The position numbers and the translations under genes are program-made. 64,000 nucleotides of DNA from Candidatus Latescibacterota bacterium. GTDB taxonomy: Bacteria; Latescibacterota; UBA2968; UBA8231. The stretch is taken from the NCBI GenBank assembly GCA_965197905.1, contig CBDAOB010000002.1:160001-224000 (forward strand), in the 5' to 3' direction. Position 1 is the stretch's first letter, and each line of letters begins with the position of its first letter. Shown one piece after another: positions 19,208 through 28,995 of the stretch. A model generated the notes under the pieces. It made no database searches, was not told the DNA's origin, and saw only the letters and a list, made by a program, of their open reading frames with translations.

Positions 19208-20770
19208 CTAAATGCGATACGCAAAAACCTTGGCGCGAAACATGCGGATGCGAATCGTCACCGTATCTCCCACCGAAGAGATATCGCTCTTGCCGTTCCA
19301 GGTCACGACCCGGTTTCCCTCGTCGCCGTAGATCCAGTCGTAGTCCTCGAAGGTGAGCCCCGGAGCACCTTCTCCGTCGGGATACTTGCGCGAGGGCACG
19401 GCGTGGCGCAATTCCACCTTCACCCAGCCACCGTTGTCGCAGCGGTAGTTCAGACGCAACTCGTTGTAGTGTCGTTTCAAGGTCGGCACCGTGAAACGAC
19501 CCTCGTTCTCGGCTTCGATGCCGCATAGGCGGTGTGGCTCCCATCGCGCCCAACGCATCTGCCGTGGTTCCTGCGGCATCGGCATACCGGGGTGGAAACC
19601 GTTGTGCAGTCCAGTCCCGCCGGTGAACGAAACCGCCCAGCGCCCGTCCGGAAGCACCACGGGCCCCCCTTGGGCGTAGATGGTACCGTCGCAGCCACTG
19701 CCGGGCGCGCCAACCGGAATGCAAGGGCGCCGTTCGGGGCGATTCCAAATGAGGCCGTCGCGACTGAAGGCGATCTGATTGTCGACGTGGCCACTGATCT
19801 GATCGAAGATGTGGACCAGCATGCAGTGAAGCCCCCTGCGCCCCGGATACTCGAAGTAAAAGCCGCCGTAAAACGATACCTGCGGACCGTCGTGGGCATC
19901 CGGAAAGAGCACGAGCTTTGGCGGCGGCCAGTTGAAGAAATCCTTGGTGCGTGTGAATCCTACACACCGTCGCGTGTAGTCCAGCTCCGGCGTACTGTGC
20001 GCCAAACCTTGAATCTCCGCGTGCGCGAGTCCGTGAACGCGGATATAAGCGAAATAGGTTTTGGTCTCCGGCTCGAACATGGGATTGCTTCCGCTGCCGT
20101 CTGAAGGCATGTCGCCCACCGGTTTGTCGATCTGCGTCCAGTGCATGAGGTCGGGGGAGGTAAAACCCCGCACGTAGGCGCGCATGACCATGGGCGGACC
20201 GCTGTAGCTTTCCCGCGCGTACTCCATGTCCCCCATGCGTTTGAGTCCTTCTTCCCCCTCCAGCTCTTCGCCGGTGTCGGGATCGAACATGCCGGCGACC
20301 TCAACCCACGCCTTGAAACGTTCTTCCGGCGGCGCCTCGGGATCCTCCATGACCTGTCCGACGGTCTCTTCGCACACCAGGTTGTTCTGTGTCGAACCGT
20401 CGAAGTCAATTCTCCCGATCTCGGGCCGAGTCCACTGGTAGCCATCTTCGCTGTAGCGGTACGCGGTTCCTCCGGAGGCGCGATAAAGCATCCTGTACTG
20501 ACCGTCTTCCTGCCACACGTACTGCGGTAACAGGCCTCCTTCCCAGGCGGCATCCTCGGTGAAGAGCACGTCGGACATGGAAGCCGCTTCCACCGAAAGC
20601 CGGATGCCGGAGGGTGAATCGTAGAGACCAAACTGACCGTGGCGGTCCTTCCAGCGATTGCCGGCGTAGACGTCGAACCAGTCGAGCAGGGGTTGCCATT
20701 CCCCCGAGTTTCCCCGGGCCTCGCGACCAAAGGCCGCGCCGGGCAGTTTTGGAATTTCGCTGTGAGGCAT
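19208..20770 (-). CDS. Uncharacterised Asp-box beta-propeller family protein (paralog)
   Basis: SEDGYQW, DPEAPPEERFKA, SPDLMHW, SRDGLIWNRPERR, AKVFAY. Confidence 0.75.
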   Translation of the reverse strand: MPHSEIPKLPGAAFGREARGNSGEWQPLLDWFDVYAGNRWKDRHGQFGLYDSPSGIRLSVEAASMSDVLFTEDAAWEGGLLPQYVWQEDGQYRMLYRASGGTAYRYSEDGYQWTRPEIGRIDFDGSTQNNLVCEETVGQVMEDPEAPPEERFKAWVEVAGMFDPDTGEELEGEEGLKRMGDMEYARESYSGPPMVMRAYVRGFTSPDLMHWTQIDKPVGDMPSDGSGSNPMFEPETKTYFAYIRVHGLAHAEIQGLAHSTPELDYTRRCVGFTRTKDFFNWPPPKLVLFPDAHDGPQVSFYGGFYFEYPGRRGLHCMLVHIFDQISGHVDNQIAFSRDGLIWNRPERRPCIPVGAPGSGCDGTIYAQGGPVVLPDGRWAVSFTGGTGLHNGFHPGMPMPQEPRQMRWARWEPHRLCGIEAENEGRFTVPTLKRHYNELRLNYRCDNGGWVKVELRHAVPSRKYPDGEGAPGLTFEDYDWIYGDEGNRVVTWNGKSDISSVGDTVTIRIRMFRAKVFAYRI

Positions 20771-21073
20771 GGTAATCTCCTGGGAAACGTTTAGATGCCG
20801 CCTGGTACGGCGGCGTCTTGTGCTCGCACCTAGCCGACGAAACTAGCTCTCCCCTGTAAAGGGCACAATCCTCGCTTGGAAACAATCTCTCGCGGTGGCT
20901 CGGACCGGCCGTGGCGACCAGCCTGGTAGAGATCGCCCGCTTTCTCGGGCGCCTCCGATCGCAGAGCAGGAAATTCTACGGACGTCCCTTGACCCGAGCA
21001 CAGATTACGACCTGCTTCGAGAGAAAACAGCGACGCTTCCAGCGTCGGTGAGACGGCGAACGCGGGGCAGGAA

Positions 21074-22447
21074 TTGAGATCCAGAGCTTGGTATTCCGGA
21101 GAAAGACCGGCAGATCCGGACTTTCTACGTCAACTCGAGGCCAGCGAATCGGAGGCGCACGTATTGTACGCACTCGAGGATGGCAGACATTACGGTGCCT
21201 ATTCCGAAGTGATGGAGGGTTTCCTCGGAAAGGTGGAGATGCTGCAACGGAATTCGGAACGGTCGCTGCTGTGGAGCTCAGAGGAGAGTATGCGAAGCTT
21301 GTTGGAAGCGATCGTCGACTTCGCAACCTCACCTGAGGAACGCCTCCACGTTCTGCGGCAGACGGGAGGGTTTCGATTCGAGCAGGGTGCCACCGCAGAG
21401 GAGATGCAGGGACAGGTGAGAGAGGTGTTTGGAGACCTCCCGCCCCGCCGTGATCGGGCGGCATTCGACGCTGCTACAGCCCGGCTCGAGGCCGTTTGGG
21501 CTCCACAGCAAGGAAGCCTTCTCGAGTTCATCATTACCAACCCTACTCAGATAGCCAGGCTTCTGGCCGAACGACTGAGCCCTGCAACTGGCCGCTACCT
21601 GGGCATCATCGGTCATACCTTCCAACGTGTGCGTCGTACCGATCTGGAGCCGTTGGCAGTTTCCCAAACTGTCGCATACGTCCGCGGTTCCGAGATTCAC
21701 CTGATCGTCGGGGTGAGAGACGTGCTGGGCGACTGGGAGTTAAAGAGGGAGGCAGGAAATGAAAGCGAGCGTTTCTCTTTGCTGGAAACCGTATTGCTGC
21801 ACGAGGTCGTAGAAATCCTTCTCCGGGAGAATATGCCGAGGATCGATCCGCTGTCATCGCATGTCATAGCTTCGACGCTCGAACGCAATCTCAGCGAAGA
21901 AGATTTGCCGTTAGCAGTAGAGGATTTTTTCGACAGCTGGATCCCACCTGCTACCAAAAGAGAAAGACGCGCCATCGTGGAAGTGGTCGACTCGGATAAC
22001 CGGCGCGGCGACCGGCGCCAAGAGGAGAGCGCCTGGCTCGCGGACCGGGAAGAATCCCCCTCCTCCGCGATGGAGGAAAATGTCCTTGTGGTCGACAGCT
22101 CTACAATGATGCGACACACTCTCTGCAAGATCGCCAAGGAGTTGGGTTATGGCACATTGGAGGCCGCAGACGGGACCGAGGGGTTTGACCTGGCCAAGCA
22201 GTACAACCCTGGATTGATTATCCTGGATCTGAAGGTACCTGAGATGGATGGAGTGGAGATGCTCAAACAGCTGCGCGCTGATAAGGAGCTCGCCAACCTT
22301 AACGTGATCGTTTTGACGACCGTGGCGAACAAGGAGATCATTCGCGCAACGCAGGAGCTGGGAGTTAAGGATTTTCTGCTCAAACCCTTGGTGGCGGATG
22401 AGGCAAAAAAGAGGATGCAGAAATATCTCAGCGAGGGAGCAAGATAA
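21074..22447 (+). CDS. Protein with C-terminal response-regulator receiver domain and unknown N-terminal domain
   Basis: VLVVDSS, IILDLKVPEMDG, VLTT, FLLKP; N-terminal part contains LLHEVVE. Confidence 0.75.
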   Translation: MRSRAWYSGERPADPDFLRQLEASESEAHVLYALEDGRHYGAYSEVMEGFLGKVEMLQRNSERSLLWSSEESMRSLLEAIVDFATSPEERLHVLRQTGGFRFEQGATAEEMQGQVREVFGDLPPRRDRAAFDAATARLEAVWAPQQGSLLEFIITNPTQIARLLAERLSPATGRYLGIIGHTFQRVRRTDLEPLAVSQTVAYVRGSEIHLIVGVRDVLGDWELKREAGNESERFSLLETVLLHEVVEILLRENMPRIDPLSSHVIASTLERNLSEEDLPLAVEDFFDSWIPPATKRERRAIVEVVDSDNRRGDRRQEESAWLADREESPSSAMEENVLVVDSSTMMRHTLCKIAKELGYGTLEAADGTEGFDLAKQYNPGLIILDLKVPEMDGVEMLKQLRADKELANLNVIVLTTVANKEIIRATQELGVKDFLLKPLVADEAKKRMQKYLSEGAR

Positions 22448-22510
22448 CTGCTTCCTTGGCGGCACTTTCGACGCGGGGGTGTCGCGCCGCGTTACAGTGT
22501 CAGGAGCACC

Positions 22511-24016
22511 ATGAATAAAGGACCGGACGCCGCTCGTCCCAACATCGTACTTGTCATGTCGGATCAGCATAATCGTGCTGTCATGGGGTGCGCTGGTCAT
22601 CCGCTGGTAGAGACGCCCAACCTGGACGCCCTTGCCCGAAACGGAACCCGCTTCACGAAAGCGTACTGTCCCTATCCGTTATGTGGCCCGTCCAGGGCCG
22701 GCTTCATGACCGCCCAGTATCCCAGCGACATCGGAGTTTTCGACGGGGACGATTTTCCTTCCTTGGTGCCGACCCTTGCACATGGCATGGGGATGGCCGG
22801 TTACGAGGCGGTTCTCTGCGGTCGCATGGGTTGGGGTGAGCTGGACCAATTCCATGGCTTCGAGAAACGTATCCACGGTGACGTCCTTGGATTTAACGCC
22901 ATCCATGAGGAGATAATGGGTCGCGGTTTCAACAAGACAGCTGGTCAGACGCGTTGGGCCGTCGAAGTCTCTGGCTACGGTCGCACCGGCTACCAGCTTT
23001 TCGACCAGAGCGTGGTCGAATCGGCTTGTTCATTCATCCGTGGGCGCGACCCGAACGCCCGGCCGTACTGCCTGGTGGTGGGATTGATACTGCCCCACAA
23101 TCCGCTCATCTGCCAAAGGGAACTGTTCGAATATTACCTGGACCGTGTACCGGAGCCGGAGCCGATGTCGCAGGAGTATTTCGACAAGCTGCATCCGGCG
23201 ATCAAGAGATGGCGTGAACGCCGTGAGGTAGATGACCTGATGCCCGAGCAGAACCGTCGGGGTCTGGCTGCCTACTACGGTTTGGTGACGGAAGTGGATG
23301 GTAGCGTCGGGCGCATGGTCGATGCCATAAAGGACTCATCCCAGGGAGCCAACACGATTTTCCTCTACTGCTCGGATCACGGTGATATGGCCTGCGAGCA
23401 CGGCATGTGGTGGAAGAGCAATTTCTACGAGGGTTCGGTGGGCGTTCCCCTGATCGTGTCCGGTCCTGGCCTGCGGGCGGACTGTGTCAACCATAATCTT
23501 GTCAGTCTGGTGGACGTGGGACCGACCATGTTGGATCTGGTGGGCGCTGAACCCCTGCCGGACGTTTCCGGCCGAAGTTTCGGTGCAAGCCTGCGCGGCA
23601 AGGGCGAGCTACCCGACTGGCCCGACGAACTGTTCGCCGAATACACCGGGCTTCGCGGCGACCTACCCAGCTTCATGATTCGATCCGCCCAGTGGAAGCT
23701 GAACTATTACCACGAATTTGACTCATGCCAGCTGTTCAATCTGGATGAGGATTCGGGCGAGCTGCACGATCGCGCCGCGGACGCAGACTGCCGGAAGATC
23801 GTCGAGACGTTGCTGGGCAAGATCAAGGAGCGCTGGGACGCTGCCACGTATCTGGCGGATTACCAGAAGGAACGCCGTGCCGGCGAATTTATTCGACGTT
23901 GCGGCCAAGACCTGTCGCCCCACGAGGTTACGCATTACTCGGGAATGCCCAATTACAGTCAGTTCGACTTTGCTCAGTTGCCCCAACCACCGAGGCCTAA
24001 GGAGGGAGCCAGATAA
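22511..24016 (+). CDS. Sulfatase (choline-sulfatase-like)
   Basis: RPNIVLVMSDQH, CGPSR, PHNP, SDHGDM, WKSNFYE. Confidence 0.9.
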   Translation: MNKGPDAARPNIVLVMSDQHNRAVMGCAGHPLVETPNLDALARNGTRFTKAYCPYPLCGPSRAGFMTAQYPSDIGVFDGDDFPSLVPTLAHGMGMAGYEAVLCGRMGWGELDQFHGFEKRIHGDVLGFNAIHEEIMGRGFNKTAGQTRWAVEVSGYGRTGYQLFDQSVVESACSFIRGRDPNARPYCLVVGLILPHNPLICQRELFEYYLDRVPEPEPMSQEYFDKLHPAIKRWRERREVDDLMPEQNRRGLAAYYGLVTEVDGSVGRMVDAIKDSSQGANTIFLYCSDHGDMACEHGMWWKSNFYEGSVGVPLIVSGPGLRADCVNHNLVSLVDVGPTMLDLVGAEPLPDVSGRSFGASLRGKGELPDWPDELFAEYTGLRGDLPSFMIRSAQWKLNYYHEFDSCQLFNLDEDSGELHDRAADADCRKIVETLLGKIKERWDAATYLADYQKERRAGEFIRRCGQDLSPHEVTHYSGMPNYSQFDFAQLPQPPRPKEGAR

Positions 24017-24033
24017 CGCTGCTCGTCGATTAA

Positions 24034-24828
24034 ATGCTGGTCGAAGATATCCTGCTGCGTTTGAGGTTAGATGGGTGGTGTGTCGTTGAAAAGATCATAC
24101 CGGAAGATCTCGTCGATGCCGTGCGCAGTGAAGCGGAGAAGGCGACGGAAGCACAGGGGGTGAGCCGCACCTACGAAGGATTGCGCAGTGCCTGGGGAAT
24201 TCTCGGGTTGGTGCCTTCGTTCTGGTCCTACCTCACGGACGAACGGGTGTTCGGCATCGCCGAGACCTGGTTCGGGCCCCATGTGCGCATCTCCTACACC
24301 AATACCCTGATTACACAGAAGGGGAACGAGCGCGGTGGCTGGCACGCCGACTGGCCGTATAATCAGGAAAAAGCGGGTCGCATTCCCGCACCTTACGCCG
24401 ACTTTCCGGTGCAGCTTTCCAGCTTGTGGATGTTGTCCGACTTCACCGTCGAAAACGGCGGTACGTGGATTGTCCCGGGCAGCCATCGCACTTCCGACAA
24501 CCCCACCGGGGCGCTGAAGGTAGATCGTTTCCAGCCCTATCCGACCGAGATGCAGGTTACAGGTAACGCAGGCAGCGTCCTGGTCTTCGACAGCCGGCTG
24601 TGGCACGCAACCGCCACCAACAACAGTGATCGACTGCGTGTAGGGATGGTGGTTCGGTACGTTCCCTGGTGGCTCAACCTTGAGGTCTTGATGCCCGGTT
24701 CGGAGCAGCGCAGGCAGCTCGTGGAGGAAACCGGAACAAAGGAGAACGAGGTTCCACCCATAGCGGCCGAGGTGTACGAAAAACTGCCGCAGAAGGTGCA
24801 GCCTCTGTACCGTCACTGGGTAAGGTAG
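24034..24828 (+). CDS. PhyH family dioxygenase
   Basis: WHADWP, WMLSDFTVENGGT, PGSH, FDSRLWH. Confidence 0.9.
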   Translation: MLVEDILLRLRLDGWCVVEKIIPEDLVDAVRSEAEKATEAQGVSRTYEGLRSAWGILGLVPSFWSYLTDERVFGIAETWFGPHVRISYTNTLITQKGNERGGWHADWPYNQEKAGRIPAPYADFPVQLSSLWMLSDFTVENGGTWIVPGSHRTSDNPTGALKVDRFQPYPTEMQVTGNAGSVLVFDSRLWHATATNNSDRLRVGMVVRYVPWWLNLEVLMPGSEQRRQLVEETGTKENEVPPIAAEVYEKLPQKVQPLYRHWVR

Positions 24829-24860
24829 AATGCACAGCCCCCGAAAGGACTCATAGCGAT

Positions 24861-26366
24861 ATGGATAAGCGCGGCCCCATCTTGTCTATAACCCGGCACA
24901 TCGAGGAGGTGCTTCGACTAAAATCGGTCGATTCCGACAATTTTTCGTTCGCGGTCATATCCGACGTTCACATCTGGGAGCGCAAGACAGACTGGACCGA
25001 CCGGGTGTTCCGGGATCTTCTCCAGCGCTGCACCGATGCCGGCGCCGCGTTTATTTTCCTCGTCGGCGATTTCGGCACCCAGCAGACGGAAGCGCCGCGG
25101 GCCGGTGTCGTGACTCGGCTTGCGGACGTAGTCGTGGAGACCATCGGCTCGGTGCCAAACTGTCCCCCGGTTTTCTTTGGAATCGGCAATCATGAGCTCG
25201 ACGATGCCGGCAAACGATACTGGCTGGAAGCGATCTATCCCGGCGTCGTAACCGGGCTCACGGGCACGGCAAACGAGACCTTCATCTACTTCTCGTTCGA
25301 CTTCGGAGGTTATCACTTCGTCAGCTTGGACAGCCACGGTACGGCGCCGGTCGCGACTCCGATGCGGTCCAAGACCGGGAATTCGCATTTCGCCCGCATC
25401 CCAGACGAACAGTTCATCTGGCTCGAGCAGGATCTAGAGGCGCACCGTGGTGAGCTGAGCTTCGTATTCATGCACGAACCTTCCGAGCTGCTCGAGGATC
25501 ACCGCCCCTGGCACATGCTTCAAAGCCGCGGCCGCTTGATCGGAACGCTGCAGCGCTTTCCCGATGCGAAGTGGCTCTTTCACGGCCACACTCATCACTA
25601 TTCGCAGGTAGAAGGCTACGGTTTGAAGATCTGCCACATGGAATTTCAAAGTGGCTATCTCGTGCGTCTAAGCAACGGCGCCGCTACGCTCCACGATCTG
25701 AACGAACAGCAGACGCAGCCGACCTTTCTCGATCTGGCCGCTCATCAGCAAAGCAGGTGGTCGGACAGAGCCGGACGTCGCGTCTTCCAGGTGGCACCCA
25801 AGGGTCCCGAGATAGAGCTGTCTCTATTTGCTCAGACGGAGTCGATGAAACAGGACGGTGCAGTCGTGTCGCCGGACGGCGCTTCTATGCTGCGCGTCGA
25901 GACAGGGGTAGCCGTCGCTGATGAGGAGTCGGCGGACCGAGTTGGTTTTCTGGCCATGGACTTCATCTTGGAGATCAAACCGGGCACCACTTTCAGCTAC
26001 AAAGTCTATTTCGACCCCCAGTCAGAGCACGACCATTTCGCCCTCTCTCCGTTGATCAACACCTGTGACGAAAACCCCTATCCGCTCCTCCGCGACCAGA
26101 ACGGAGTCCTTGTGGACACGGAACCGGAGCGACTTTTGGAGAGAGAGTATAACTTGCTGGGCCAGAGCAATGGGAACTTCTGGGCGCCGACGTTGGAAGG
26201 GCGAGCTAATGGCCGTTGGTACGAGCGCGTATGCGATCTTTCTCCGCTGGAGGGCGGGTGGATAGTCGGGGTGGTGGCAAGCGCCACGCCGCCACCGGAC
26301 AGCACATTTACGGAAGGTTTCTTGCGGTTCTATCTGAGCTCCGTGGAGATCTCGTCGCCGGCCTAG
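24861..26366 (+). CDS. Calcineurin-like metallophosphoesterase with additional C-terminal domain
   Basis: SDVH, VGDF, GNHE, MHEP, GHTH. Confidence 0.8.
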   Translation: MDKRGPILSITRHIEEVLRLKSVDSDNFSFAVISDVHIWERKTDWTDRVFRDLLQRCTDAGAAFIFLVGDFGTQQTEAPRAGVVTRLADVVVETIGSVPNCPPVFFGIGNHELDDAGKRYWLEAIYPGVVTGLTGTANETFIYFSFDFGGYHFVSLDSHGTAPVATPMRSKTGNSHFARIPDEQFIWLEQDLEAHRGELSFVFMHEPSELLEDHRPWHMLQSRGRLIGTLQRFPDAKWLFHGHTHHYSQVEGYGLKICHMEFQSGYLVRLSNGAATLHDLNEQQTQPTFLDLAAHQQSRWSDRAGRRVFQVAPKGPEIELSLFAQTESMKQDGAVVSPDGASMLRVETGVAVADEESADRVGFLAMDFILEIKPGTTFSYKVYFDPQSEHDHFALSPLINTCDENPYPLLRDQNGVLVDTEPERLLEREYNLLGQSNGNFWAPTLEGRANGRWYERVCDLSPLEGGWIVGVVASATPPPDSTFTEGFLRFYLSSVEISSPA

Positions 26367-26370
26367 GCAG

Positions 26371-27612
26371 CTACCTCAGGTTGAAGCAGCTGGCGGCCAT
26401 GTGGCGGGTGCCGCCGAAATTGTTACCGTCATCTTCCATGAAGTAATACGCGGCGAAGATGCGCCCGTCGTCCAACTCGGTTCCCACCACATAACCGAGA
26501 TCCCAATCGCTGGCATCCCCGCGAATCACCGCCTCCGCCGACCAGGTCTCTCCCCGATCCTCGCTCACGATCACGCCGATGCCCCCCGGAAGCTGGCGGC
26601 GATCGAACAGCACTGCGATGCGTCCATCCTTTAGCAACAGCGGCCAGCAGGAGCGATAACGCGGTCCGGAGACAGCCCCAGACCAGATCGGGTCACGACT
26701 CAGTTTAGTCCACGGCGACTGGTCCCACCCTACGATCGATCGCGGTTCGCTCCAGGTGTAACCTCCGTCGTCGGAATGATTCAAATGAAGCGCGGTTCGT
26801 ACGCCTCCGGCATTGAGGGCATAACACTGGAGCCGGCCCGAGGGCAAGAGCAGCAGGTTGGCGTAGACCGGCCTACCATGGCCCGTGGGATCGCGCATCA
26901 CCTCGCTCACATAATGCCAACTAAGACCGTTGTCTTCGGAACCGTAAAGAACGGTGACGCTTTGGTTGAGCCGTTCGAGCTGCGAGCGGTCCACCGAATG
27001 ACCGGTGTTGCGGTTATCCGCCGTCGCTGGCACCAGCAGGGTGCCGTCGTCGAACCTGGCTGGCGGATAGCAGTCGACGTGCACGTAGCTGTAACCAAGC
27101 GGGGGTTTAATACGGGAGCAGGGCGACCTCTCCCAGGTTCGCCCGCGGTCGCCCGAGCGCCAGACCAGGCATTCCATCGTCGGAACTCCATCCTCATTTT
27201 CTCTTCCCGTTAACGGACGCCCGAAGTAGATCGCCGAATCGGGACTGGTTAGATCGATATTGGCGCGCGGCTCTGTGGGATCGTCGCACTTCCACAGCAC
27301 GTTTCGATGTGCCTCGAGTGGTCGATCGTAGTCCCAGACGACAACGTCGTTTTCGCTATTCCAGCTCTTGCCATGGTCGAGGGAACGCTGCAACAGGATC
27401 TTGCAACGGCTTTTGTACCCCCTCGAGTCCCAACCGTGCCTGATATCTTCGCGGTTTTCGTAACTGGAATCGGCGTGGTGGTGGAGGACCGCAATCTCGC
27501 CGTTGCCGAAGTTGTGGATCCCGCACTGGCGTGGGTGGCCGCAATAACGGTCCTTGCTGTAACAGAGCTTGACGTGATGTACGTCGGTGACCTCTAATGG
27601 CGCGCGTTTCAT
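26371..27612 (-). CDS. Sialidase-like BNR/Asp-box repeat protein
   Basis: Five Asp-boxes: SLDHGKSW, SGDRGRTW, SEDNGLSW, SDDGGYTW, SEDRGETW. Confidence 0.8.
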   Translation of the reverse strand: MKRAPLEVTDVHHVKLCYSKDRYCGHPRQCGIHNFGNGEIAVLHHHADSSYENREDIRHGWDSRGYKSRCKILLQRSLDHGKSWNSENDVVVWDYDRPLEAHRNVLWKCDDPTEPRANIDLTSPDSAIYFGRPLTGRENEDGVPTMECLVWRSGDRGRTWERSPCSRIKPPLGYSYVHVDCYPPARFDDGTLLVPATADNRNTGHSVDRSQLERLNQSVTVLYGSEDNGLSWHYVSEVMRDPTGHGRPVYANLLLLPSGRLQCYALNAGGVRTALHLNHSDDGGYTWSEPRSIVGWDQSPWTKLSRDPIWSGAVSGPRYRSCWPLLLKDGRIAVLFDRRQLPGGIGVIVSEDRGETWSAEAVIRGDASDWDLGYVVGTELDDGRIFAAYYFMEDDGNNFGGTRHMAASCFNLR

Positions 27613-27673
27613 TGCTCCTCAACGAGAAAGTCCACTGGACGCGGAGCCAGCGGCCGGGTGGGATGTGATCTCT

Positions 27674-28564
27674 TCAACCCGGAGCTCTCAACCCGGGTCG
27701 CTGGTCTTGCTCGGTTATGCGGTGATACTCGGGGATGCTGTCGCTTTCGTAGAGACGTGTCCAGTCGCGGTAATGGTCGGTGGCGACCTGGTCGGGATGG
27801 TCTTTGCTGCGCACCAGGAAACCAGGATAGTTGCGCCCGGTAGGCGCGTTAGCATCGCAATAGCGCAGATCAAGACTCCAGCGCGCTTTGTCGGTGCGGT
27901 TGGGAAGGGCGCGGTGTGCCGTAAGCTTGTCGAACAACAGCACACCTCCTAGAGGGACTGGACAGTCGACGATGTCGCTGGTCCGCAGATCCTCTTCCAT
28001 GATCCGGCCCTCGTCTTGGTGCGGGATCACACCCCATTTGTGACTGCCCGAAATGACCTGCATTCCTCCCATCTCCATGGTCACGTCTACCAGAGGGATC
28101 CAGCAGTTCACCATGGGTGTGTGCTCGGCTTCTTTAGCGAGCAGCGCACCATCTTGGTGAAAGGTCCCTACGGACGATTCGAGAAAAGCCAATTTAGCCC
28201 TGGTGTTGAACTGCGGATGGGCAAGGATCTCCGGTCCTATCAGCGGCTCCACGAAATCGAGGAGGGGTGGAAGGGTCCACACCTTGAAGAGCCCGGCGGT
28301 CTTGTGGCGTTTGCCGAAGATTACGCGGTATACGTCATCAGGATCGTCCGCGTCCTCGCACAGGTAGTGCAGCCGGTTCTCGAAAGGTTTGTCTCGATGC
28401 AAGTCGCGCAGGCGGCCGGCCGCATGCACCTCTGTTGCCTTGGCATCGATCACCTGCGCCAGTTCCTGGATGAGCGGTTGGAACTCCCCCGAGGGTAGGA
28501 CGTCGTGAAGCAGCAAGTACCCCTCATCGCGGAACTGACGGATCTGTTCAGCGGATAGTTTCAT
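27674..28564 (-). CDS. PhyH family dioxygenase
   Basis: QFRDEGY, FHQD, WIPLVD, SGSH, HRALPN, RWSLDLRY. Confidence 0.9.
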   Translation of the reverse strand: MKLSAEQIRQFRDEGYLLLHDVLPSGEFQPLIQELAQVIDAKATEVHAAGRLRDLHRDKPFENRLHYLCEDADDPDDVYRVIFGKRHKTAGLFKVWTLPPLLDFVEPLIGPEILAHPQFNTRAKLAFLESSVGTFHQDGALLAKEAEHTPMVNCWIPLVDVTMEMGGMQVISGSHKWGVIPHQDEGRIMEEDLRTSDIVDCPVPLGGVLLFDKLTAHRALPNRTDKARWSLDLRYCDANAPTGRNYPGFLVRSKDHPDQVATDHYRDWTRLYESDSIPEYHRITEQDQRPGLRAPG

Positions 28565-28842
28565 CGTGTATTCTCCCGCCACCTCAGCTTTATCCCCTGC
28601 GGTTTGTGCCGCTCGTTGCTCATTATTTGTTGGCCCTAATGGAGACCTGGCCTTCGCCGCTGCCCGCTACTATCGGTTCGCGAGAGCAGATCTTGTTCTG
28701 GACATGATACCATCCTTTTATCGTAGCCCAGGTTGGCAAGGTGGGAACAACCCTGAAAATGACAAATGCCCTGGCAGAGGCAAGTGCACGATCCAGCACC
28801 GTCCGCCGTGCCGCTGGAGCTACCGATCTTTCACGCGCCATG

Positions 28843-28870
28843 CTTGACCCGACTAGCGATAACGCGATTT
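28843..28870 (+). promoter_or_regulatory. Recurrent upstream motif, copy 4
   Basis: CTTGACCCGAC-TAGC-GATAA-CGC-GATTT, upstream of the GH32 gene. Confidence 0.5.
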
Positions 28871-28995
28871 TTCACCACGCGGGAATAGCCGACCCATCGA
28901 GCTGATGACCGAGGGGAAGCTCGTGGAAATAGTCGACCTCGGTGTCGGCCGTCGACTCGATTTCAAGCAGCTGGATTATCGCGAAGGAGGAGTGC

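Noticed and set aside
20988..21015. Eighth copy of the upstream motif (CTTGACCCGAG-CACA-GATTA)
   Set aside because: Lacks the 3' T-rich block and may lie in a gene remnant; not counted, though not excluded.
28583..28840. Possible further gene relics (also 30481..30530 and 20895..21060)
   Set aside because: Short ORF-like fragments but no in-window paralog to support homology; would need blastx.
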